A stretch of DNA of 64,000 bases from Antedon mediterranea (taxonomy: Eukaryota; Animalia; Echinodermata): the NCBI RefSeq assembly GCF_964355755.1, contig NC_092670.1, positions 10,588,795 through 10,652,794 of the forward strand. Direction: 5' to 3'. The notes under the pieces are model-generated. The model was given only the letters and a program-made list of their open reading frames with translations. It made no database searches and was not told the DNA's origin. Both the position numbers and the translations under genes were made by a program. Every line of letters begins with the position of its first letter. The stretch's first letter is position 1. Positions 13,140 to 24,920 of the stretch are shown one piece after another.

Positions 13140-14051
13140 TCTATATATAAATTTACGTAAGGGCAAAATTCGGTAAATCGCGCGTTATTTCTAGAATGTT
13201 TTCTCGATGGTAGATAAAGTTTATTCGTACTTTCGGTACTGATTTTAACCACCTGATGTAACCCTGTTTACTAATTAAATTGAGTTCGATAATTAGTTAT
13301 TGACAATTAAAACGAATTTAGGTTCAACTATTTGCCCCAAATAGGGGTGTTTTTCGATCGTGGTATACACTGTCTAATGGATGTCCATCTTGAAAAATAC
13401 CCGCAGACAATATTACGAGAATGCTTCGCATTTTCCTATCTCCTCCTACGATAATTGTTTTTAATGACTGAAAACCGGTTGAACAGTTCGAGTACAGCAT
13501 CAAAATGTTGAAGACAGGCCGATTTTCTTTAAAAAATAGGCCTACTATTTTGATAGATTTAATATATGTTTATACAAGTGTATTGATTTGTGATGAATGG
13601 AACATTCCAATCTCTGTTCCACAAGTGTCTATTCCGTCAGGCGTCGTAAAGGCAAGTACTGTATACTCATAACAGAAACTTGATCCATTTTTTTTTTCAA
13701 TATGTGCTGTAGAGGTTGGATATAGATTGTTTTTAAATGGAATGAGCTAGCGTTTTCAGTCGCTGTATTTTATGTACAAATCTTTATTATTGCAGTTAAA
13801 CCACCCACATCATCACCCTTTCCTCACTGGCATGAGCGTTGTAAAGCCAGTAGAGGATAGGCCTACGGTGCATCACATGCCCTAAACGCAGAACAACTTT
13901 GGTGGGTAGGGTAGGAACCGACTTAAAGTATGAATTTGGCTCTAAGAAACAATTGAAAACCATTAGGCCTACTAATTAAGTTGAGTTAGATAATTTACTA
14001 TTTATGATTTGCCCCGAATAGAGGGGGTTTTCGAACGAGCGTACCATCTAG
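13140..14051 (+). mobile_element. Non-autonomous Helitron
   Basis: 5' TC (tctatatataaatttacg), 3' gagcgtaccatCTAG, inserted between A and T without TSD; first ~470 nt shared with copies at 44294 and 45776. Confidence 0.82.
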
Positions 14052-14259
14052 TTTAAACTCAATTATAGGTAGTCATAATTGGTTTGAAAATTCAGTTTTT
14101 AATACTCTTAAAGTGATAAATGCAACAACAACAAAAGTGCACAGTGTGTATTTTTAATGCAAGGTACAAAGGTGAGGCCTATAAAGAAAAATAATACTTT
14201 TAATTCTTTGTTTACTTGAAATGTGTTTTTTAGTGTAAAAATTGATTGAATGTACTAAC

Positions 14260-14521
14260 CTGCCGTTCCTGTGTATCCACTGATTTTCAAAGCATAGTTA
14301 GAGTCCTCAGTATCAACACGAAAGTGAGAATATCTTGCAAACTTCATGTCATCCAAGTGGTCAGTCATCTCTATTAGAAGCTCAAAACTGCCATCAGCTG
14401 TTAAACGGTTGATTTGTTCATTACCAAGCCAGAACTCTGTGTTCACATTTCCAAAACCCTCTTTGTATTCTGCCCAATTACGGTAGAAATCAACTGATCC
14501 ATCTTGTCTTCTCTGTATCAC
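14260..14521 (-). CDS. FReD-1 exon 3
   Basis: cag acceptor, gttagt donor, 262 nt; VIQRRQDGSVDFYRNWAEYKEGFGNVNTEFWLGNEQI...SGYTGTAG. Confidence 0.93.
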
Positions 14522-15541
14522 CTGATAATGAAAGGATAGTAATCTATACTCTACAGTCTTACTAAAACAGTGATGTCAAGCCCATCAACTTGAGTAAATA
14601 GAAGTAAATGAATTAAGAATCTGACCAGTAATATTACGATTAAGGTACATCAATATTTTACAATTTTATTTTGATGTTCCTCATTTTCTACAATTTGATT
14701 ACACTCATTTTACAATAATTATGCAAGTTTTTGAACATTTAGTGTGATTGTTCTTTTGTTGTGACCTCCAGACAACACTTCAACAAATCGCTCTGCGTGT
14801 GCGCAGGTATAGTTATGTGTGGGTCGAGAACCCTATTTCTGAAAAGTAACGTTAGTAAAAAATGTGGAAGAATCATTAATTTCTGTTGAACAAAATGATA
14901 AATCTAAAGTTATGTTTTTAATAAAGCCAAATACTGTATTATTAGGAATTGTTCATTGCAATAAGCTATTTATCCATATGCAAGTTTTAAACATTCCTAA
15001 ACAACTGTTCGCTTAACTGTGTAAATGAGTAGAATGTTGATGTCATTCGTTAAAGTCTACATGCTCGTACAAAAGCTCCTTATTTCATTCATGCCATCAT
15101 CTGTAAGTCAACATCGCCCTCTATCTATTTTCAAGATGTAAGGAGTGCAGAGTGCGACGTCATATGTGAATGGAATCCCCTTTCCGTTTATTAATTATGA
15201 GAGATGCTTGTACAATGGCTTGAATATCGTAAATTTGAAAGTCCTTGTACTTCTGGAACGGATTCTATCTGAAATCATACCATTGTTCTCTATTAATTGT
15301 TTTGCTGGTGTCTCTATGGCTGGCAGTTCTTACGGTAACGTATTGTGATGTGTGTTTTAATAATGAATTAGTAAGCTGTGGCAATGATGTTAGATTTACC
15401 TTTGATATCTTTAAATAAATTGTAAGTGTCTTTCAAGGATACAAGCAAAATTCAATTTTTTCAAGTAATAAGCTAGTGTGTTATAATGATGTTGGATTTG
15501 CTCCTTCAGATATCTTTACATAAATTGTTGCCTATACTTAC

Positions 15542-15681
15542 TGTCCATCCTGCATCATGCCTCATGTCACAGTACACAGTAAACTCTGGTCTTCCATCAC
15601 ATGTATGGTGTATCACATATTCACCACTCACAGCAGAAGGATTATTTTGTAAAATCGTACTACAATCCCTCATAAAACACT
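15542..15681 (-). CDS. FReD-1 exon 2 (not in ORF track)
   Basis: ttttag acceptor, gtaagt donor; (K)CFMRDCSTILQNNPSAVSGEYVIHHTCDGRPEFTVYCDMRHDAGWT, the canonical FReD start. Confidence 0.9.
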
Positions 15682-15939
15682 CTAAAATTACAAAGTTTGA
15701 AGATCACATATTAGATATAACATTGAAATAAGCCTATACATTGAGTGAAACGTCCATTTTGTTATAAGATTAATTTTATAGTAGGTAAATACAAGTGAAA
15801 GTACTTTAAGAATATTAAAGAGAACATTTACTATAGGCAAATTCAACAGCAACAGTCACGACCAGCAGCCAATCACTAATAATAAATGTGAACCTCCATA
15901 TAAGAAATAAATTTATTTAATAATAAATTGTATACTTAC

Positions 15940-15997
15940 TCATTTTGGAATCAGTGGCCCGGACATGAAGAAAAATGAAATATAAAATAATTAACAT
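15940..15997 (-). CDS. FReD-1 probable first exon (signal peptide); spliced product is 235 aa
   Basis: ATG at 15997, MLIILYFIFLHVRATDSKM, phase-1 gtaagt donor matching exon 2; 58+140+262+248=708 nt open frame. Confidence 0.72.
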
Positions 15998-18641
15998 ACA
16001 GTAATGACAGTATATAGATATAGAATGCAGCTATTACAGTAATTTAATAATTACAAACTAGTTTTCTTGGTGAGAGAGAGAGAGAGGAACAGCATTTTAC
16101 AGTAGTTGAAATAGTGAACTTCCCATGGAGAGTGACCACATGATAATGTAGGTGCATCACATTGGCCAATTAGTGTAGATATGCTAGTTTGAAGTCACAA
16201 CCAAAAACATTATTTTTGATCATACGTCCACTGCACAGTCACGCATCATGCATGCGTAGAAATGTATTCTGATCGAGAATTGTTGGTTGGTTGGGTTTGG
16301 AAATAAAATAAAAAGATATTAAACATCTCACCATGACAGTAAATCAAGAACTAAATAAAGTTTCTTCTTTCAAATAATTTTTTCTTTTGGATGATCCAAA
16401 AGAATAAAATATTTGAATACTACAGTATCCAGAGATCCAGATGAACCTTTTTACTAAAGTTTCTTCTTTGCTCAAATCTAATATTACATATCACTCAATA
16501 TACTTATACCATGTGTAGTAGACAACACATAATATTCAAATTATGATTGACAATATTGCTTTTTCACAGGTTTCCCATTCAAAATTATTTGGGCGTAATT
16601 ATAGATGAAACACTAACATATGGGGCATTCCAAAGTATTTTTGTAATATGGACGTGACATTTTTGAGAATATAATTAGCCATATTTTAGAAATAAAAAAG
16701 AATACATAACATATATGGCCATGAATGTTAATTATGAAAGTCAAACAAATTTATAAGACTGTACAAAAAAATTATTAAAATTCTATGCGTCACAGACAGG
16801 CAATGTACATGACTTTTAAGAAGGTTTAGGTATTGTAATATTTCTCCTCATTTAAAAGAAATCTTAAAATTTATTTTGTATTATGATGTTGCCAGATAGT
16901 TGTTTTAGATATAACTGAATGTTAATTAACTCCAAATTTATTAATAAATATGATTTATATGTTGTTACAGACGGGATTTTTCCAACGTCGTGGACAGAAC
17001 ACTTTTGTCCAGGTTAAAAAAATTGTATAATTTTGATATTTACAAAAATAAAATTACATCAGTTTATTCTTTTATTACAAATCAAAATATTATTCAACCT
17101 TTGAAACACTGTTGAAAGTTTAGGTCAAGTGAAAATATTAAAATTCATAAAATAATATAAAATATTATTTATAAAATTAATTATTCAAAGAGTTATAAAG
17201 AGAAGCAATAATTGTTAAATTCATTTGTTTAATTCATTTATTTTAAAAAACATCATTAATTTAAAAGTTAGGTTTCGTATAAACAAATCTTCAAGCTATT
17301 AACACATTTAAGGCGATTCTTTAAAAATTGACGTTGGCATTTGACGTCTGAATTTCTTAGTGGATCCAAGTTGCACCTGAAATTTTCTTCTATCCTTGCT
17401 TGAATTTAATATTATTTCTATTTAGTATCTGATTTATAAAGGTTTATGGTTGCAAATTCACAAAGAATGAAATCTACAAAGTGAAAAAAAATACAAGTTT
17501 AAATCTATTGCAATTTAATATCCTTAAGAACAGTTGAAAATTAAGTTTTGAAAATACAGATTTTGCAATCATTACTTCAATAAACACTAAATGAGGAAAA
17601 AACCCAACCAAAATTTCTCAGAAGTGACAATTATAATTTTTTAAATGAAAATTATGTATGAATATGAAATTAATAAACAAATAATTGTAATAAAATATTT
17701 GATTATGAATAAACCCCCTTTTCTTGAAGTGCCCTTTCAAACTAGACTAGGCATAGCCGATATGACAATTTCTTGGCTATTCTGTATAGCCAGCAGGCAA
17801 ATTGTACTTTTCTTACTACTAAGTCCTAGGAAAATTTGTCTAGTTTATAAATATTAGTATGTTAAAATATTAAAAATAGAAATATATTAATAACATTTAA
17901 ATTTTGTCTTAACTAAAAGAAGACACATAGATTGTATTTACCTATGTATACAGTACCAGTAATAAATGTAATCTTTATGTTAAATTTACTTCAAATGATT
18001 TATATACAATTAAAAAGAAATATCATATCTATACACGTAACCATACATATGAGGTATCAAAGTGACTGCAATTGAACCTTTTTTTAAACTATAACATTTA
18101 AAAAATCCCCACCTGCACCTTTTTCCTGTCCTTGTTGTTTTTAATGAACTACAATATGGGTTACAGGTAAACAAGCTTTGCTCTTATGGTCATCCATACT
18201 AGCATTTGTTTTTTTATCCCTCATGATATTTAAATGGTAAAATAAATTAATACTTGACTCTCTTTTTTATATTGATAGAGATATTTTTTTATTTTATATA
18301 TGGATTTAATTTATATTTGGATTTAAGTGATTCTTCATAATATTTTTGTTTATTACTTTTATATACTAAATAAATTTTGGGGAGGTCCAACCATGTTTAC
18401 ATTACTTCACTCTGTAAATTTAATTGCTATGGCGTTGCTTAATCTGTATACAATTTGTTTTAAATTCTAGCTATCAATTTAAAACAGAACCCGAGATACA
18501 ATAGATCACCAAAGTAAGAAAACACCTTCAGGAGCCAAAACAATTCCTACTAATAGGCGTTTCCCCGAAACCAAGTTTTGTTGAATACACTACATAAGTT
18601 GTTCATTCCATCAGTACACTAAATCAGAAAATTTAACTCAC

Positions 18642-18932
18642 CCTTTCGATGTAACAAAACTCTGGCTTTTGAATTACGTTGTTTTCAACTGATGCTTCTT
18701 CCAGTATTTGCTTACTGATTTGACAAACACGATCTTTCTGGTTATAGTTGACCGACAAGCAATCAGATTTGTGGGAACATTCCAGCAAACAATTTACACG
18801 GCTTATATTCTTCAACTCGTAACTCCAACCCTCAAGAGCCTGTCCCTGGATAACTGTATAGAATGAATTGGTCGAAAGAACGACAATAGGCAGGAGATTA
18901 AGAACGACAACCAAAGTTGCAAACGTATGCAT
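18642..18932 (-). CDS. Signal peptide + PAN/apple-like domain exon; possible alternative first exon of FReD-1
   Basis: MHTFATLVVVLNLLPIVVLS then CLLEC...CLSVNY....C PAN cysteine pattern; phase-0 gtgagt donor after YIER. Confidence 0.75.
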
Positions 18933-20736
18933 TGCAACGTTTTGGAAATACGTATTGACAAAATAAACTGTATGATGTGCCTTCAAATGCAACTTGTCGT
19001 ACACCTTATTTGTGGTAACAAGGAACTACTGTACGTTTTCATCTTCTGATGTGCGTATTATAGATGTTCCATCCAAGTATAATACAATAGAACTTTGTCT
19101 GCACCAATCAAAAACGTGTTAGTAATAATACTGTAACTATGTATGAACAAATTTCTAATAGCCTATCAAATCGAACCATCAAATTCATGGAGTTTTTGAA
19201 TTATATATTAATATAAATTGAAATTACTATGTAGCTGGATTATAACATTCTATGATCAATGTTCTGTTGTTTTTTTTAACAAATTCAGTGTTTTGGTTCA
19301 AGTATCTCTATTTTTAAATCTTATTATGCCTCGAAGTCTAATTTAATTTATTTTCATTATTTAAAACACCTTCTCTGCATGTAGAATAATAGAAGCTGCA
19401 TTATTGTAAATTTAGTATCGTGTTTGTTGACAGTTGACATAAATTAATTTTCCATATGTTGTTTTCACATTGCTACTAGGACATTACTTTTTAGTAATTG
19501 TTGTTGATGCAACGATATATAATAAACAACTACTAATATAATGTAAAATAGCTGTATAATTTATTTCCAAGTGAATAATATATTAAGATTCCAATCGATG
19601 AACAATAGATAAGATTGCAACAAGCTAGTAATGATGCGTAGCAGATATTAGGATGAATGTGTTTAAACTTTAGAAGCATGTGATTTAATAGTTTCACTAG
19701 TCACATTCTATTATGACCAATAGGAATTAAGAATGTCATTGGTGTGCTTGCCTTATGCATAAGGAGTGACCACATTCTTTCATGTAGACTAGTGGACTGT
19801 GGTTAATTAATATTTATTGCTTTACTAAGAAAAGTTGGTAACTATCTAATGAAAAAAACAAAACAAATTAAGTTAAGGAACAAACTGTACATATATCTTA
19901 GGGAGATGAATCTGCGTGCCAGACTTAGTAATTCTGACAGGGTCAGTAGCAATGCTCGTAATGTTATATGCTTATTTTGAATCGGCATTTATATATTATA
20001 TATGCCATCTAGAACACTCTGTCAGAGATACAGATTAAATTTTTATATTATATAAGCTTATGTTTTGCGGCGTGCATGAGGTAGAAACATGAGCAAGAAT
20101 ACTTGCCACCCGTTTGATAATCATTTTTGAAATGGTGCATGTGAGTGCACATGCTGCTGACCACTTGCTGTCTTCACATCTAAATGACCTGATTGTGACG
20201 TAGTAAAATGGTTCGTGAATTACTAAACGCAGCATTCAGTATTTGCAAAGAAATTGGTTTAAACACAAATTTTTCATAAAAATGTGCCATTCTATAATGG
20301 CTTAAATGAATAAAGGAGAAATAAAAGGTGCCCAAGCTCAAACAGATTATCGGACTTGCAGTTTAGGAGGAGATACAGGAACAAACTTTGGCTTAGTGCT
20401 ATTATAATATGATGATCAACGAACAAAACATCTTAAACAGTCCCTTTGCTCAAGATTACATATCCAACCTTTCCAGAACTTGGAACCATCCCTTACCTTC
20501 ATATCACTTTCAACACCCACCAAAAATCATTTCCGTACCCCTGTGTTGAACTATAGTATATATTTGAATAGCTTTAAAAAAAAAGTGACCAATAAAGAAA
20601 TCTGATGTAATAATAAAACTAGCGTTAAATTTGTCTGTTATAAGACAACATTTAATGTACCCTATCTAGTGAGTTTACTGGTGCAATTATTAAATAAAGA
20701 AATTAAATTTAATTTTGTTCTTTATTGTTCTTTTAG

Positions 20737-20807
20737 GCTTGAAGCTGTTCATTGTGGGTGTCTTCCTTTGTGTCCTAACCAGCTGGTTTATCCTGAAATA
20801 TTTCCTA
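20737..20807 (+). CDS. GTDC1: GTDC1 penultimate coding exon (not in ORF track), after a 15,377-nt intron
   Basis: ttcttttag acceptor, gtaagt donor; AT|G=Met then [23 protein letters not shown], completing the E-x7-E motif [11 protein letters not shown]. Confidence 0.92.
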
Positions 20808-21492
20808 GTAAGTTTAGAGTTCTCAACTTGCTTTAATTGATTTCAGTAGTTTGGATACAAAAATTCTGTAGTAATTACAAAATAGTTGTCATGTTTGTTT
20901 CAGAGCATGTACAGAATGATATTCAGAAAGACCATCACACTGTGATTGTGTTTTGACAAATTGTAATCAAGAAATAAAATGGAAATCCAGAACAAGGGCT
21001 TTTCGTGGATTGTGGGTCGATGATTAGTCCATCATAATTTTGTGTTTTATTTTGGGTTTCTCATAATTTTAAGCCAAATCATAATTTTGCCTAGTATGTA
21101 TTGCCATAGTATTTATCTCCATTTTCATACAAAAATTACATGGCAGCACTGAAATAAGTAATTAAATATTCCAATATTGAATTACCTTGACTCTTGGAAT
21201 CTATTTTATTTTATATAACACCTAAATAAATTCCTGTCATTTGATTGGACGATTGTGGGTCACATGGCGTGCAATAGTACGCACTATTAAACGATCGTTT
21301 AATAGTACTTTTTGAAACATTTTTGTGTACGAAAAAAAAAACGTCTCGCGGATGAAAAAAAATCTAGTACACAAATTATCCTATGATATGGCTCTGTACT
21401 GTGAAATACAACAGCGCCACCTGTCGTCTGGTCTCAGTTTCATTTGTAAACACCACCGCGAGATATGCAACAGCAGCAGATATTTGTGTACG

Positions 21493-24400
21493 ATTTATTT
21501 ATTTATTTATTCATTTCCCAACCAACAGTGAGCTCATGGTTCACCACTTACAGGAGGGAACACAGACAAACACGTACATATACAAACAAACATTAAACTA
21601 AACTACTAACAATGTTACGAAACTTACGGAAATTATTACTAAAAATATCTAACTCAGGGTTTCTTAAAGTAAAAGAATTGTAAGTTTGACTTAATCTACT
21701 AATAAAACCATTTTTTAAAACATTTACTCTACTAAAAGGAATATGAAAAGTAGTATTTCTTCTAAGACGACGACTAGGGACTCTAAGATAAAAATTGCTA
21801 ACTAAGTTACAGTCAAATAAAGAATTAATACATTTATACAAAAAAACAAGATCAAAAAAGGTTCTACGAGACTCAGAAGATCGGACATGGAAATGAAAGT
21901 CAGGATTCTGGTTGTGGCTGATGTAGCGTAAAAAACGGTTATGCAGACGCTGAATGCGCGTAGACTGAGTTTCCGAAATAGAATTAAAAATAACAGAACA
22001 GAAGTTGAGAATGGGATGGATAATTGAATAATAAAGGTGGATTTTGGTTTGCCTGTCAAAATGTTTACAATTACGCCACATCAGCCCAAGCAGTCTATTG
22101 CACTTGCCAACAAGATAATCAATATGAAAGGAAAAACAAAGGGAACTATCAATAAAAACACCAAGATCTTTTTGCGATTGCACCCTATTAATGGGATTGT
22201 CATTAATTAAATAATTATAAAATAAAATGTTCTTTTTCAAAGTAATAGTTAAAATATTGCACTTTACTGGATTGAGGGACATTCCCCATAAAGCAGCCCA
22301 ATAACAAAGCTTGTCCAAATCCACCTGAAGCCTGTCAGCATCCTCAACACTACCAATAATTCTGTATAGCTTAACATCATCAGCAAACATAAGACATCTG
22401 GAGTGGGTGAAGAGTTTTGGGATATCATTGACAAAAAGATTGAAAAGGAGAGGACCAAGAATCGATCCCTGAGGGACACCGGACTGAATAGGAAGCCATT
22501 CAGAGGATATACCCTCAATGACCACTCTCTGGAACCTACCATTAAGATAACTACGAAACCAGGAGATAAAATCATTATGAAAACCAAAACGTTGTAATTT
22601 TAATAAGAGTAAATTATGAGGAACAAGATCAAACGCCTTAGAAAAGTCAGTGTAAATAATATCACATTGCTTCCTGTCATCAATGGCTTCGTAAACTGTG
22701 GTCAACAGGGTGGCAAGGTTTGTTTCACATGACCTACCAGTTACAAAGCCATGCTGACAGGAAGCAATGGCAGGAGAAACATGAGTCGAAATATGGTTAA
22801 AAACAATTTTTTCAAACAATTTAGAAATGGTAGGCAACAGAGAGATAGGTCTATAGTTAGAAATCAATTTCTTGGTCCCCCCCTTATGAATAGGAACAAT
22901 ATTGGAACGTTTCCAAACGGAAGGAAATTTACCGGTTTGAAGAGATTTATTAAAGAGGAAAGAAATGGGAATAGAAAGAGGACGAGAACAAACTTTAAGA
23001 ACATGGTTACTGAGATTATCACATCCAGATGCCTTATGAGTCTGAATGGATGACAGTAACGAGTTAACAATTTCAGATTGAATTATTGGAGCATTGAGAA
23101 TGCCGACAGAAGCCTCAGGCAGACGTTGGTGTTCATCAGTCACAGAAGGTCCAGATCTAAAAACTGAATGAAAATAACTGTTAAATAAAGCAGCCTTATC
23201 ATTAGTTGTCTCCGCGACCTTGTGCCCATGCGACATAACCGACGGATAAGAAGACGATTTAGTTTTGGTCTTTATCCACGACCAGAAGCGTTTGGGATTT
23301 GCCTTAAGATTCCCAGAGAGTGATTGCATATAACTTTTATATTTAAGTTTCATAAGGACTTTAAATTCTTTTCTGGCAACGGAAAAAGCATGTTTTGATT
23401 CATGTGTATTAAGTCGTTTAGAAATACGAAAACATTTCTCTTTGTTTTTAAGAGCGACTCTAACTTCATTATCAAACCATGGCGGCATTTTTCTTTTAGG
23501 TCTAACAATAGGCACAAGATCACGGAGAGCAGCATCAACTAAATCATAAAAAAGAGAAACACTATCGTTAATATCATTGCACATATGGATTAAATCAAAA
23601 GGTATAACATTAAAAGCATTCAAAAGATCATCATTATTTACAGCCTTGAAACAATATAGTTGTCTTGAATCCCTAGAAAAGTGTTTTTGAATAGAAATTT
23701 TAAGAACAAATGAAATTGAAGAATGATCAGATTCAAAAATATTCTGACCAGCAGAAATATCCGAGATTAAATCAATTGAATTATTACACAAAATTAAATC
23801 TAAAACATTATTATTGCACGTTGGATTGACATTGCACTGAAACAAATTATGTCCATTAATAAAACAGTCAATAAAAAGTTCACCCAATGAGTTAGCAGGT
23901 GCAGTTCCATATCCATCATTGGTCCACGTGATTTCAGAAAGATTCAGATCTCCGATAAGAACAATATGATGCCTTGAATACATGGCTGATGCATCTTCAA
24001 CTGATTGCGCTAGTTGCAACATGACATCTCTTCCGCTGTTGGGTGGCCTGTAAATAACAGCAACCAGCACTCGTTTTGTCTTGCTTAGCTTAATTTCAAC
24101 CCAGAGGATTTCAATATTTGGTTTCTCAAGGTGCTCCAGACGTCGAGACTTATACTGATTAGAAGCTAGGAAAAGAACACCACCACCTCTTCTGCCATCG
24201 TTCCTGTCCCTTCTATGAATTGTAAAACCATCACAGTAAAGTTCGGAGTCAAGAACCGTTGAATTTAGCCAAGTCTCGGTAAATGCAACAAAGTCGAAGG
24301 TATTATTAATGAGGTGCACATTTAGTTCAGAATGATATGTGTCCATCTTGTTTTTAAGGCTTCTTATATTTTGGTAATAAAATGTTGGATTATTACTGTT

Positions 24401-24920
24401 ATTACTTGTGTTTGTGTTATCTCTAGCCCTGTCCTTGTTTTCCTCTGCGGGGCCTGGATTTTGTTCAATATCACCGCATAAGGAAAGTTCCGGCTGAAAA
24501 CTTGATGAACAATAATAACTTGAATAGTAAGGAACCCTAGCTCCACTGTATTTAATAGCATGTTTTCGTTTACCTTTAGGCTTTGTTAGATAGGCAAATG
24601 CTAAAATAGACCACCTAGGCCTAGTAAACAAGGTACTGAACTGAGCCCATTGCCTTAGTCGATCCAGGGCTACAGTGCACTCCACACCATGCGAGCACTC
24701 GCAACATAATGCAGAAGTTGAGCCTAGCAAATGGTCCAAATTTGCGTCCAAAGTATAACATATTTGTATAGAGGTATTGCACTGAAAACTAAACTGTGGG
24801 TTGCAGGTCCTACTTAAATTCGATAGACAAGGTTTAATAACACCAATAGTTGATGCAAAACACAAAAAGAGACAAATAGCAGTAAAGCTACGTTGAGCAG
24901 CCATCATTCATTACAGCACT
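21493..24920 (-). mobile_element. CR1/L2-group non-LTR retrotransposon; ORF2 intact, no ORF1 seen
   Basis: 1104-aa ORF followed by a short 3' UTR and (TAAA)n tail at ~21493-21512; 5' boundary approximate. Confidence 0.92.
21593..24907 (-). CDS. LINE ORF2: leader + 2A-like motif + APE endonuclease + reverse transcriptase
   Basis: YQNIRSL, FTETWL, GDLN, SDH (APE); NYRPISLL, DFSKAFD, GVPQGSILGP, FADD (RT); GDIEQNPGP at aa 145-153. Confidence 0.95.
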   Translation of the reverse strand: MMAAQRSFTAICLFLCFASTIGVIKPCLSNLSRTCNPQFSFQCNTSIQICYTLDANLDHLLGSTSALCCECSHGVECTVALDRLRQWAQFSTLFTRPRWSILAFAYLTKPKGKRKHAIKYSGARVPYYSSYYCSSSFQPELSLCGDIEQNPGPAEENKDRARDNTNTSNNSNNPTFYYQNIRSLKNKMDTYHSELNVHLINNTFDFVAFTETWLNSTVLDSELYCDGFTIHRRDRNDGRRGGGVLFLASNQYKSRRLEHLEKPNIEILWVEIKLSKTKRVLVAVIYRPPNSGRDVMLQLAQSVEDASAMYSRHHIVLIGDLNLSEITWTNDGYGTAPANSLGELFIDCFINGHNLFQCNVNPTCNNNVLDLILCNNSIDLISDISAGQNIFESDHSSISFVLKISIQKHFSRDSRQLYCFKAVNNDDLLNAFNVIPFDLIHMCNDINDSVSLFYDLVDAALRDLVPIVRPKRKMPPWFDNEVRVALKNKEKCFRISKRLNTHESKHAFSVARKEFKVLMKLKYKSYMQSLSGNLKANPKRFWSWIKTKTKSSSYPSVMSHGHKVAETTNDKAALFNSYFHSVFRSGPSVTDEHQRLPEASVGILNAPIIQSEIVNSLLSSIQTHKASGCDNLSNHVLKVCSRPLSIPISFLFNKSLQTGKFPSVWKRSNIVPIHKGGTKKLISNYRPISLLPTISKLFEKIVFNHISTHVSPAIASCQHGFVTGRSCETNLATLLTTVYEAIDDRKQCDIIYTDFSKAFDLVPHNLLLLKLQRFGFHNDFISWFRSYLNGRFQRVVIEGISSEWLPIQSGVPQGSILGPLLFNLFVNDIPKLFTHSRCLMFADDVKLYRIIGSVEDADRLQVDLDKLCYWAALWGMSLNPVKCNILTITLKKNILFYNYLINDNPINRVQSQKDLGVFIDSSLCFSFHIDYLVGKCNRLLGLMWRNCKHFDRQTKIHLYYSIIHPILNFCSVIFNSISETQSTRIQRLHNRFLRYISHNQNPDFHFHVRSSESRRTFFDLVFLYKCINSLFDCNLVSNFYLRVPSRRLRRNTTFHIPFSRVNVLKNGFISRLSQTYNSFTLRNPELDIFSNNFRKFRNIVSSLV

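Noticed and set aside
15940-15967. 25-nt micro-exon with a mutated (CAT) acceptor
   Set aside because: The apparent pyrimidine tract is better explained as the coding sequence of a signal peptide starting at ATG 15997
18113-18198. Candidate extra FReD-1 exon on the minus strand (QSLFTCNPYCSSLKTTRTGKRC)
   Set aside because: Weak splice sites, and its only open frame has a phase incompatible with the downstream exons
20904-20956. Alternative GTDC1 terminal exon (KHVQNDIQKDHHTVIVF-stop)
   Set aside because: No similarity to the GTDC1 C-terminus; the conserved terminal exon is at 26388-26563
21802-24561. Several short ORFs overlapping the LINE, and likewise those overlapping the Penelope and Gypsy ORFs
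   Set aside because: Shadow frames of long TE ORFs with no recognisable motifs
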